From NCBI GenBank assembly GCA_037380845.1, contig JARRRI010000018.1, forward strand, positions 4,034 through 42,808: a DNA stretch of 38,775 bases. The letters are read 5' to 3'. Below are positions 1 to 7,778 of the stretch, in pieces. Origin of the DNA: Candidatus Sulfobium sp. (GTDB lineage: Bacteria; Nitrospirota; Thermodesulfovibrionia; Thermodesulfovibrionales; UBA6898). Within the stretch, counting starts at the first letter, position 1, and the number at the start of each line of letters is the position of its first letter. The translations under genes were made by a program, and so were the position numbers. The notes beneath the pieces were generated by a model that did no database searches, was not told the DNA's origin, and saw nothing but the letters and a program-made list of their open reading frames with translations.

Positions 1-191
1 GAACAGTAAAATGGTTCAATGATAGCAAAGGCTTCGGCTTCATCACGAATGATGACGGAAGTGAAGCTTTTGTCCATCACACGGCAATCCAGGGTAACGG
101 CTTTAAGAGTCTTACCGAGGGCGACAGAGTCAGCTTTGACACCGAAAAAGGTCCGAAGGGCCCAAAGGCTATCAATGTCGTTAAACTGTAA
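1..191 (+). CDS. Cold-shock protein (CspA family), 5' end outside window
   Basis: Frame from nt 3 reads [62 protein letters not shown] with RNP1 (KGFGFI) and RNP2 (FVH). TAA at 189-191. Not in the ORF track. Confidence 0.97.
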   Translation, partial: TVKWFNDSKGFGFITNDDGSEAFVHHTAIQGNGFKSLTEGDRVSFDTEKGPKGPKAINVVKL

Positions 192-203
192 TTAACAGGG
201 GAG

Positions 204-229
204 AGGTCCCTTCCGTCCCGAAGGGACCT
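204..229 (+). other. Stem-loop between csp and the downstream ORF
   Basis: AGGTCCCTTC (204-213) is the perfect reverse complement of GAAGGGACCT (220-229). There is no U-tract, so it may be a stabiliser or attenuator rather than a classical terminator. Confidence 0.6.
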
Positions 230-244
230 GCTCATCAAGGAAAG

Positions 245-616
245 ATGAACAACAGCGTCTACAACAGAAGGAATACAGTGAGGCGGGAGAGGCAGCAGCA
301 GAAGCTCGATTCGGGCTCCCTGAAAGCCCGGTTCCCTGAGGTCGCCTCTGTCGTCATAAACATGACTTACAGCCAGCAGGGTCTGCAAAAACCATTGCCC
401 CGTATCGTCAATTTCTTTCCCGACAGTCAGGCGTTCTTCAGGATAGACTGCCTGCACAGGGAATGCGTCGCTGGAGGCTTCGATCTAACCCGGGTTATCA
501 CCGAAATGATAAGAGACCGGAGGAAGACAGCGAAAGGAGATCTCAGCTGTGAAGGCGATTATCCTTCCGCCGGCCACTCGGTAATTGTCTATGAAGTTGC
601 CATACAATACATCTAG
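245..616 (+). CDS. Hypothetical protein, possible metal-binding (C-x4-C ... C ... H)
   Basis: 123-aa ORF with AAGGAA upstream of the ATG; DCLHREC and SCEG..GH motifs. Confidence 0.7.
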   Translation: MNNSVYNRRNTVRRERQQQKLDSGSLKARFPEVASVVINMTYSQQGLQKPLPRIVNFFPDSQAFFRIDCLHRECVAGGFDLTRVITEMIRDRRKTAKGDLSCEGDYPSAGHSVIVYEVAIQYI

Positions 617-842
617 ATGTCCTTTTAGTCAGCATAACAAGAGTTCGCAATAGCCGGGACAGACGTAAGAAAGTTATCGCCGGCAAAGAAAGCTGCCTGC
701 CCCCTAAAGCGTGCCGGGATTGTATTCAGCCGCTTTCTGTTTCCCTCATATCCCGGATATTCGATTCTTGTTCCACGACCGGCAGAAAGCTGCCAGGGCG
801 TGTTAAGACGAGGGAAAGCGCAGTCTTCAGAATAAAACAACA

Positions 843-886
843 TGTGATCCGAATCACTGTCTTTCCAACGAAGAAAAGATTATCCT
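843..886 (+). promoter_or_regulatory. CRP/FNR-family box plus -10 element for the MshEN gene
   Basis: TGTGA-tccgaa-TCACT at 843-858. TATCCT at 881-886, 6 nt before ATG 893. Confidence 0.5.
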
Positions 887-892
887 CATAAC

Positions 893-1705
893 ATGAAGCT
901 TGGCGAAGCACTGATAGAGGCGGGCCTGATAACAAGACAGCAACTGGATGTAGCGCTCGAGCGACAGACGATGCTCGGCGGCAGGATCGACACAAACATT
1001 GTTGAACTCAGGTTTCTGAGCGATGAGGCACTCACACGCTTCCTTGGCAAATTTCTTCGGCTCCCCATTGTCACTACCGAGGCGCTCCGTTACATACCTG
1101 CCGAAGTCATCAGGATCGTCGGCAGAAAGATGGCGGAGAATTACATGATCATCCCCTTTGCCCTGGAAAGACAGAAGCTTCATGTTGCAATGCTCAATCC
1201 GAAAAATATAAGGGATATCGATAATCTCCGGTTTACTACCGGCTATGAAATTATTCCCTATGTCATAACCGAGTCGCGTTTACTTCATGCCCTTGAAAAA
1301 TATTATGGGATCAAACGGGAGACCCGGTATATCAGTCTGAAAGACAGGTTTGATCCCGACGCGGGGACGGATGACCTTTCGGAAAGGATTGAGAGGATAT
1401 CCGGGGAAGCTATCGGAAAGGCTGCTGATAAACGACCCGCGCAGAGATATTCAGAACCGGAAAAAGCGTTGAAAGGGGCTGAGCCCGGGCTCATAGAAGC
1501 GCTGCTGCTTAATGCGATGTACACCGCTAAGCTGTTTTATCGGCAGCAGGGTTTATCTCCCGATGACGGGTCGATAGAAGATGAGGTGCTCGCGGCCTGG
1601 GCGCGCCTGTCAAAGAAATCAAGCCGGGAAGAGGAAGAAGGACCGTTTTCTCTGGCTGACAGTCCCGGGGCCGGACAGTTGCCCGGCCGCGGTTCAGGCG
1701 GTTAA
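893..1705 (+). CDS. MshEN / T2SSE_N (GspE/PilB N-terminal) domain protein without ATPase
   Basis: N-terminus KLGEALIEAGLITRQQLDVALERQ matches the MshEN motif RLGxxLxxxGLITxxQLxxALxxQ, followed by IIPF..LHVAMLNP of T2SSE_N. No Walker A motif. Confidence 0.85.
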   Translation: MKLGEALIEAGLITRQQLDVALERQTMLGGRIDTNIVELRFLSDEALTRFLGKFLRLPIVTTEALRYIPAEVIRIVGRKMAENYMIIPFALERQKLHVAMLNPKNIRDIDNLRFTTGYEIIPYVITESRLLHALEKYYGIKRETRYISLKDRFDPDAGTDDLSERIERISGEAIGKAADKRPAQRYSEPEKALKGAEPGLIEALLLNAMYTAKLFYRQQGLSPDDGSIEDEVLAAWARLSKKSSREEEEGPFSLADSPGAGQLPGRGSGG

Positions 1706-1894
1706 GAGCAAAAGTCTTCCCTGCTTTACCTCCACCACCTCGACATCGAAGTTCGGGGTCTTACCGGTCAGCGGATAGTTGAAGTCTATGACGACGGGGT
1801 CTTCTTTGATCCCGACCGGGATGTGTTGGCCGTCTTTCCCGTGCGCAAGCAGCGTCATCCCTGCCTCCGGCGTTAAGTCGGCCGGAAAGCGGCT
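1694..1894 (-). pseudogene. C-terminal remnant of an FKBP-type peptidyl-prolyl isomerase (SlyD/FKBP16-like)
   Basis: Minus frame reads SRFPADLTPEAGMTLLAHGKDGQHIPVGIKEDPVVIDFNYPLTGKTPNFDVEVVEVK (compare SlyD VDFNHPLAGKTLNFDVEVV). In-frame TGA immediately upstream (1895-1897); N-terminal half absent. Confidence 0.8.
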
Positions 1895-2109
1895 TCATCT
1901 CATGTCGCAGGCGGATAGAACCTCGTTATCCGATACGGCGCGTCGCAGCGTGCTTGCCGGTGTTTTCCCTTTTAATGACGGTTGGGCTCCCGGCCGATGT
2001 CTGCCGCTGGTATGCCTGTTCTACGGACCGCCTCCCGGCTCCGTTTTATCGACAGTGGCCCGGACACGGTCAGCCATGCCCCCGGGCGGGAAAAATGGTA
2101 ATATACCCC

Positions 2110-3165
2110 ATGCATTTTTTTGAATTCATGTATTATCTGGGCTTTTCGGCCAGAAAACATCATTTACTCAGAAACCGGAAACGCCTGCCCCACAAGGTCA
2201 TCAGCATCGGAAACATCACCGTGGGCGGTACGGGTAAAACGCCCGCCGTGATGGCCGTTGCCGGAGAGGCGATGAGGCGGGGTTTTATGCCTGTGATTCT
2301 TACGAGGGGATACAGGGGAAAAGGTAAGGCCCCCTGTTTTGTGACCACCGGTAACGGACCGCTCCTGCCGGTCGGCGAAGCGGGAGATGAGCCGTTCCTG
2401 ATGGCAGACAGGCTGAGGGGAGTCCCGATAGTAAAGGGGCCTGACCGGTATGAAGACGGCATGTTCGCGCTGCATGCTCCGCAGTCTCCTCTCATTAATC
2501 CGCCGGGAGAAATAGTCTTTCTCCTCGATGACGGGTTCCAGCATTTTCGCCTTTACCGTGACAGGGATGTCGTCCTGGTCAACGTTGCAGACCCCTTCGG
2601 CAGAAACCTCCTCCTGCCTTTCGGGAAACTGAGGGAGCCGCCGCAGTCCCTGAAGAGGGCGGATATTATTGTTATTACCAAGAATGAAATCGGGGAGGAC
2701 AACTCGATTTCGCAATGCGGCACCCTGGTTAAGAAATTGAGGAAATACAATTCCGGAGCCCCGGTCTTTCACGCGGCACACATGCCCGTCGCCTGGAGGC
2801 TGGGCTCGGGAGAGAGAAAAGATGTCGGATGGATCTCCGGGAAGAAGGTCTTCGGCTTCTGCGCGCTCGGCGACCCTCTTTCCTTCAGGCGGACTCTCAC
2901 TTCTGCCGGCGCGATTGTCGCAGGATTCAGGGCCTGGAGGGACCACTTCTCTTACGATGAAGCGGACGTCCGCAGGATCATGACGGAGGCCGAAAAATGC
3001 GGCGCGGAGTGGATTGTTACTACCGAAAAAGATATAATAAAAATCAGAAACCGGGATTTGGCGGGTTCTCTTCTTACCGCCGAGATCCGGTTTGCAGCTG
3101 ACGACGGTTTCTACGAAGAGTTGTTCAGTTTTCAGAAGCAGATTCCCGAGGAGGACGATACGTGA
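2110..3165 (+). CDS. lpxK: Tetraacyldisaccharide 4'-kinase
   Basis: VISIGNITVGGTGKTP P-loop, GDEP, LDDGFQH, LLPFGKLRE, TTEKD motifs. ATG 2110 is preferred over TTG 1954. Confidence 0.95.
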   Translation: MHFFEFMYYLGFSARKHHLLRNRKRLPHKVISIGNITVGGTGKTPAVMAVAGEAMRRGFMPVILTRGYRGKGKAPCFVTTGNGPLLPVGEAGDEPFLMADRLRGVPIVKGPDRYEDGMFALHAPQSPLINPPGEIVFLLDDGFQHFRLYRDRDVVLVNVADPFGRNLLLPFGKLREPPQSLKRADIIVITKNEIGEDNSISQCGTLVKKLRKYNSGAPVFHAAHMPVAWRLGSGERKDVGWISGKKVFGFCALGDPLSFRRTLTSAGAIVAGFRAWRDHFSYDEADVRRIMTEAEKCGAEWIVTTEKDIIKIRNRDLAGSLLTAEIRFAADDGFYEELFSFQKQIPEEDDT

Positions 3166-3563
3166 TCAACTATATAAATGTTAAGAGCAGGGCTAGAACG
3201 GAGTTCATCGACATAACCGAGAAAATCCAGGATGCGGTGAAGGAAGCGGGCATCGTGAGCGGTGTCTGCCATATTTATGTCCCCCATACCACGGCTGCCG
3301 TAACGATTAACGAGGGCGCGGACCCCAGTGTGCAGCGGGATATCCAGGCCCTCCTGACCAGACTCGTCCCTTTTGAGGGAGACTATCACCACAAGGAGGG
3401 CAATGCTTCAGCCCATATCAAGGCCACGGTGGTAGGCATTTCCCAGAATGTATTCATAGATGAGCGGCGGCTTGTCCTCGGCACCTGGCAGTCCGTATTC
3501 TTCTGCGAGTTCGACGGCCCGAGACACCGCCGGGTAGCCCTCAAACTCATAAGCGACAAGTAA
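3162..3563 (+). CDS. yjbQ: YjbQ/UPF0047 family (secondary thiamine-phosphate synthase)
   Basis: PHTTAAVTINE, GNASAHIK, LGTWQ, EFDGPR motifs. GTGA overlap with the lpxK stop. Confidence 0.93.
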   Translation: MINYINVKSRARTEFIDITEKIQDAVKEAGIVSGVCHIYVPHTTAAVTINEGADPSVQRDIQALLTRLVPFEGDYHHKEGNASAHIKATVVGISQNVFIDERRLVLGTWQSVFFCEFDGPRHRRVALKLISDK

Positions 3564-3621
3564 ACCGGCTTCCGCTGGCCGGGTAGCCCGTACAAACTTC
3601 TATCGGAGGCGCCGCCATCAA

Positions 3622-4458
3622 GTGCCGGACGAAGGGACCTTTGACGAACTCTCCTATCTGAGGAAAGAGGTAAGGCGGCTCAGACAATCGCTGAACCTTC
3701 TGACCCCCGGTCTCGATGTCATGCTGAAGAGAAGGGGTTTCCGCATTTTCAAGAAAGAACCGTCGGAATTTCTGCTGGCCCCGGGGCCGGAATTGGAGGA
3801 CGAGTATTATGCCATGCTCGGGAAATATTCCTTCCGGCTGTTTCTTCGCGACGTCATCAAACATCAGGATTTTTTCACACTCGGGGATGTGACCCGTTAT
3901 GCGACTTCGGGGGTGACCGCAGAATATATCAAATACCTGAAGCGTGCCGGCCTCATCAGGCCAGAGGGGGACGGGTTCGTACTCAACCGGCGGGTGAAGA
4001 GCTTCGGGGAAACCCTTGAATGGTACGTTTCCGGCATACTCCGCAGAGAGTTCGGCGCCGAAGCAATCTGGGGCGTGAAGTTCAGGAGACCCAATGTCGG
4101 CGGCGACTACGACGTGATCGCAAAGTTTGACGGCTCAATTTTCTACGCGGAGGTGAAGTCTTCTCCCCCGAAGCAGATATACGACAACGAGATCACGGCG
4201 TTCTTCGACAGGGTCCTGGACCTTTCACCGGAAATAGCCGTCTTCCTCATGGACACGGAACTGAGAATGAAAGACAAGATCGTCCCGATGTTCGAAGAGG
4301 AGCTGAAAAGAAGGTCGGTCAGGGCCGGCGTCCGCAGGGTGGAAAAAGAACTCTTTCAGGCCGGCGACAGAATATTTATAATAAACTCCAAAGACAGCAT
4401 CGTACGGAACATTGAGACGGTGTTTGACAGGTACTTCAGAAAGTTCAACGGGATCTGA
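3622..4458 (+). CDS. Hypothetical protein with wHTH-like region and PD-(D/E)xK nuclease-like domain
   Basis: GETLEWYV ... GGDYDVIA ... YAEVKS fits the E..D..ExK restriction-endonuclease-fold motifs. Confidence 0.7.
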   Translation: MPDEGTFDELSYLRKEVRRLRQSLNLLTPGLDVMLKRRGFRIFKKEPSEFLLAPGPELEDEYYAMLGKYSFRLFLRDVIKHQDFFTLGDVTRYATSGVTAEYIKYLKRAGLIRPEGDGFVLNRRVKSFGETLEWYVSGILRREFGAEAIWGVKFRRPNVGGDYDVIAKFDGSIFYAEVKSSPPKQIYDNEITAFFDRVLDLSPEIAVFLMDTELRMKDKIVPMFEEELKRRSVRAGVRRVEKELFQAGDRIFIINSKDSIVRNIETVFDRYFRKFNGI

Positions 4459-4574
4459 AAGGCAAGGCCGTTAATAATTTCTATCCCGTTTAAGGTTTAG
4501 TATAATAGTCCCTAGGACCTGCTGAGGCCTCAGAGCATTACATCCCCGTAAAATTTATTCAAGAAGGAGGGCAG

Positions 4575-5930
4575 ATGAATATCAAGTATTTAGGCAGCGC
4601 CATCAGTATCGGAAAGGAAGGGGTCGAAATAAAGGACCGCGGAACTCTTTCGTCCCTCATGGACGGACTCATCTATGAAGCCGTATTTTCGGAAGGAGAA
4701 AGAAAGAAGGACCTCCTCACGCTGGTAAAGGAGATAGCCAAGGCCTGCGGGGCCGTCCCGGCGTCTATCCATGACCTGTACGAGGAGATGGGGAGGAATT
4801 ATCCCGGCTTTACCGTCCCGGCGATCAACATCAGGGGCCTCACTTACGACGTCGCGAAGGCGATTTTCAGGAAGGCCCTGGAGAAGAAGGTGGGGGCGCT
4901 CATATTCGAGATAGCGCGCTCCGAGATCGGATATACAAAGCAGAGACCCCTGGAGTATGCCGCGGTCGTTCTGGCCGCAGCCGTAAAAGAGGGATTCCAG
5001 GGGCCGGTGTTTATCCAGGGCGATCACTTCCAGCTGGTGAGGAAACATTTCCTCAGCGACCCCGATGCGGAAACGGGATATATAAAGGGTCTGATACAGG
5101 AGGCTGTAGAAGCCGAATTTTACAACATCGATATCGATTCATCCACACTCGTCGATCTTGATAAACCGACCATAAAAGAGCAGCAGAGGCCGAATTTCGA
5201 GAAGACGGCGGAACTCGCCGCCTTCATCAGGGAGATACAGCCCTCCGGCGTTGATGTCTCCATCGGGGGAGAGATCGGAGAAATAGGGAAGAAAAACAGT
5301 ACGCCGGATGAGATGAAGGGCTATCTCGACGGTTTCAGGGAAACCTTCAAGGGTGGCAAGGGGCTGAGCAAACTGAGCGTGCAGACCGGCACCTCCCACG
5401 GCGGTGTTGTCCTTCCGGACGGGACACTGGCGAAGGTGAAGATTGATTTCGAGACGCTGCGGCAGCTTTCGGATCTTGCCAGAAAGGAGTACGGCCTTTC
5501 GGGTGCAGTTCAGCATGGCGCCTCGACACTGCCTGAAGAGGCGTTCCATATGTTCCCCGAGACCGGGACATCCGAGGTCCATCTGGCCACCGGTTTCCAG
5601 AACATAATCTATGACAGTTCCCACCTTCCGGCGTCTTTCAGGGATGAAGTCTACGACTATATCAAGACGGAATTCGCCGGGGAGAGAAAGGAAGGTCAGA
5701 CCGAAGAGCAATTTATATACAGTACGAGAAAGAAGGGCTTCGGGGTCCCCAAGAAAAAATGGTGGGACCTTGGAGCCGATATAAGGGAGCCGATCATGAA
5801 GGAACTGGAGAAGAAGTTCGATCTGCTGTTTACCACCCTCAGGGTCGGAAACACGACGGACATCGTGGGCAGGACCGTGAAACCGGCCGCCATAAGAAAA
5901 GAGCTTCCTGAAGATATTCTGGAATCGTAG
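4575..5930 (+). CDS. Class II fructose-bisphosphate aldolase family protein
   Basis: PAINIR, QGDH, GEIGEIG, GTSHGG, VQHGAST motifs. RBS AAGGAGG; TATAAT at 4501-4506. Confidence 0.9.
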   Translation: MNIKYLGSAISIGKEGVEIKDRGTLSSLMDGLIYEAVFSEGERKKDLLTLVKEIAKACGAVPASIHDLYEEMGRNYPGFTVPAINIRGLTYDVAKAIFRKALEKKVGALIFEIARSEIGYTKQRPLEYAAVVLAAAVKEGFQGPVFIQGDHFQLVRKHFLSDPDAETGYIKGLIQEAVEAEFYNIDIDSSTLVDLDKPTIKEQQRPNFEKTAELAAFIREIQPSGVDVSIGGEIGEIGKKNSTPDEMKGYLDGFRETFKGGKGLSKLSVQTGTSHGGVVLPDGTLAKVKIDFETLRQLSDLARKEYGLSGAVQHGASTLPEEAFHMFPETGTSEVHLATGFQNIIYDSSHLPASFRDEVYDYIKTEFAGERKEGQTEEQFIYSTRKKGFGVPKKKWWDLGADIREPIMKELEKKFDLLFTTLRVGNTTDIVGRTVKPAAIRKELPEDILES

Positions 5931-5936
5931 GCGGCG

Positions 5937-5979
5937 GCCCCTCCCTTCTCCTTTATCTCCGGAAGAAGAAGGGAGGGGC
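5937..5979 (+). terminator. GC-rich hairpin after the aldolase (terminator or REP-like)
   Basis: GCCCCTCCCTTCT (5937-5949) pairs with AGAAGGGAGGGGC (5967-5979). Confidence 0.6.
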
Positions 5980-6059
5980 AATTCTCATTGACTTCATGAC
6001 ACCTCTTTCTTATTCAACCGCTTTCCCACGCGCTGAAAAGAGACTTGGACCTCAAATTC

Positions 6060-6090
6060 GTCATACCCGGGATTCTTGATCGGGTATCCA
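6060..6090 (+). repeat. REP-like palindromic element, copy 1
   Basis: GTCATACCCG-GGATTCTTGAT-CGGGTATCCA; related copy at 22903-22930. Confidence 0.55.
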
Positions 6091-6261
6091 ATCTGCCTGA
6101 AAACCTGTATCCCGGTTATTACCGTGCTTTCTTCGCCTGAGGCGGATAAATTTTATTGCCCCAATCATCAATACCACTTTTTTGGACGAGCTCGAAAAAG
6201 CTGGTATCATATGAAAATGAAGATCTCCGCGGAAAGACTTATAGAGTCTCGTGGCAACACG

Positions 6262-6291
6262 CTTGACATGAAGTTACTAAAGTAATATCAT
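6262..6291 (+). promoter_or_regulatory. Sigma70-type promoter of dnaJ-hspR-clpB with overlapping HAIR-like HspR operator
   Basis: TTGACA (6263-6268), 17 nt, TATCAT (6286-6291). CTTGACA-N7-ACTAAAG (6262-6282) versus HAIR consensus CTTGAGT-N7-ACTCAAG. Confidence 0.7.
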
Positions 6292-6328
6292 AGAAGGTGA
6301 CGAATAAAACTGATTCCAAGGAGCTGAA

Positions 6329-7423
6329 ATGGCGCCGTCCGTGAAAGATTATTACGAAATACTCGGTGTAAGCAAAGGTGCTTCCCAGGACGAGATAAAA
6401 AAGGCCTTCAGAAAGCTGGCGCGCAAGTATCATCCCGACCTGAACCCGGGGGACAAGAACGCGGAGTCCAAATTCAAGGAGATCAACGAGGCATACGACA
6501 TACTGGGGGATGAGAAGAAGAGGGCCGAATATGACCAGTATGGTCGTTCGCCGTTCGAGGCTGGAGGACCCGGCTTTGATTACCGAACCTATACGTCCGG
6601 GGGCGGGTTTGACTTCGGGGGTGGCGCCGACATCTTTTCGGACCTCTTCGGAGGAGGAGCCCGCGCTGAAACCATGGATCTGAGAGGGCCCGACCTCGTT
6701 ATGTCGCTTGAGCTTTCCCTGGAAGAAGCCTTCTCAGGGGTGGCAAAGCCCATCACCTTTAACAGGGATATTACCTGCAAGGCTTGTTCCGGAACGGGAG
6801 CGGAGACATGGCAGCAGTGTGACAAATGCAAAGGCACAGGGCGGATCGCCTCATCAAGGGGTTTTTTCAGAATGGCCCAGAGCTGCCCCGCCTGCGGCGG
6901 GACGGGCAGGAAAATAACGAAGTACTGCAGCAGCTGCGGGGGCAGGGGGAAGGTCATGCACACCGAGTCAATCAAGGTCAAGATACCCGCCGGAGTCGAC
7001 AACGGATCCAGGATCAGGGTAAGGGGGAAGGGCGGCGCGGGCCAGGGCAGCGGACCTGCAGGCGACCTCCAGATCGAGGTGACGGTCAGGCACCACCCTT
7101 TCTTCACCAGAAAGGGGGACAATATACACCTTAACCTGCCGGTGACATTGGGCGAGTCCGCCCTGGGGGCCAAGATAGAGGTCCCGACGATCGACGGGGT
7201 CGCAGCCATGACGGTCCCCCCGGGGACACAGGGAGGGCAGAAATTCAAGCTGACCGGCAAGGGTTTCCCGAATACAAAGACGGGCAGAAGAGGAGACCAG
7301 TTCGTGGAAATAAAAATAGCCGTTCCGAGGGAAATCCCCCAGAAGGCGAAAGATGCGATAGCCGAAATAGAGCGTCTCTACAAGGAATCGCCCAGAAAGG
7401 GGATGGTGAGACCCCGTGAATAA
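6329..7423 (+). CDS. dnaJ: Molecular chaperone DnaJ
   Basis: J domain with HPD, G/F-rich linker, four CxxCxGxG repeats, C-terminal domain. Confidence 0.97.
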   Translation: MAPSVKDYYEILGVSKGASQDEIKKAFRKLARKYHPDLNPGDKNAESKFKEINEAYDILGDEKKRAEYDQYGRSPFEAGGPGFDYRTYTSGGGFDFGGGADIFSDLFGGGARAETMDLRGPDLVMSLELSLEEAFSGVAKPITFNRDITCKACSGTGAETWQQCDKCKGTGRIASSRGFFRMAQSCPACGGTGRKITKYCSSCGGRGKVMHTESIKVKIPAGVDNGSRIRVRGKGGAGQGSGPAGDLQIEVTVRHHPFFTRKGDNIHLNLPVTLGESALGAKIEVPTIDGVAAMTVPPGTQGGQKFKLTGKGFPNTKTGRRGDQFVEIKIAVPREIPQKAKDAIAEIERLYKESPRKGMVRPRE

Positions 7424-7769
7424 GAGAGACAAGGAACAGCCCCTGTTTATGATCAGCGTTGTAGCCCGGATGCTGCGCGTCCATCCGCAGACATTGAGGC
7501 TCTATGAAAAAGAGGGATTGATCAGCCCGCGCCGCACCAGGAAGCAGAGGCTCTATTCGGAGAGGGACGTAGAGAAACTGGACCTCATTCTGCAGCTGAC
7601 GAGGGAGCTGGGGGTAAACAAGGCCGGAGTGGACATTATCCTCAGGATGAGGCACAGGATGGAAGTCATGCAGCGGGAGATGGAGGATATGATGCAGTTC
7701 CTTGAAGAGGAAGTACGAAAGGATTTTCAGGAAAAGTTGAAAAAGGAACTGACCGAAGAAGAACAGTAG
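7416..7769 (+). CDS. hspR: HspR heat-shock repressor (MerR family)
   Basis: [34 protein letters not shown] MerR HTH; located between dnaJ and clpB. Confidence 0.88.
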   Translation: MNKRDKEQPLFMISVVARMLRVHPQTLRLYEKEGLISPRRTRKQRLYSERDVEKLDLILQLTRELGVNKAGVDIILRMRHRMEVMQREMEDMMQFLEEEVRKDFQEKLKKELTEEEQ

Positions 7770-7778
7770 GAGGACGCA

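Noticed and set aside
1954..2109. 52-aa N-terminal extension of LpxK from the ORF track
   Set aside because: No LpxK-like character; ATG 2110 fits the family length and has a promoter directly upstream.
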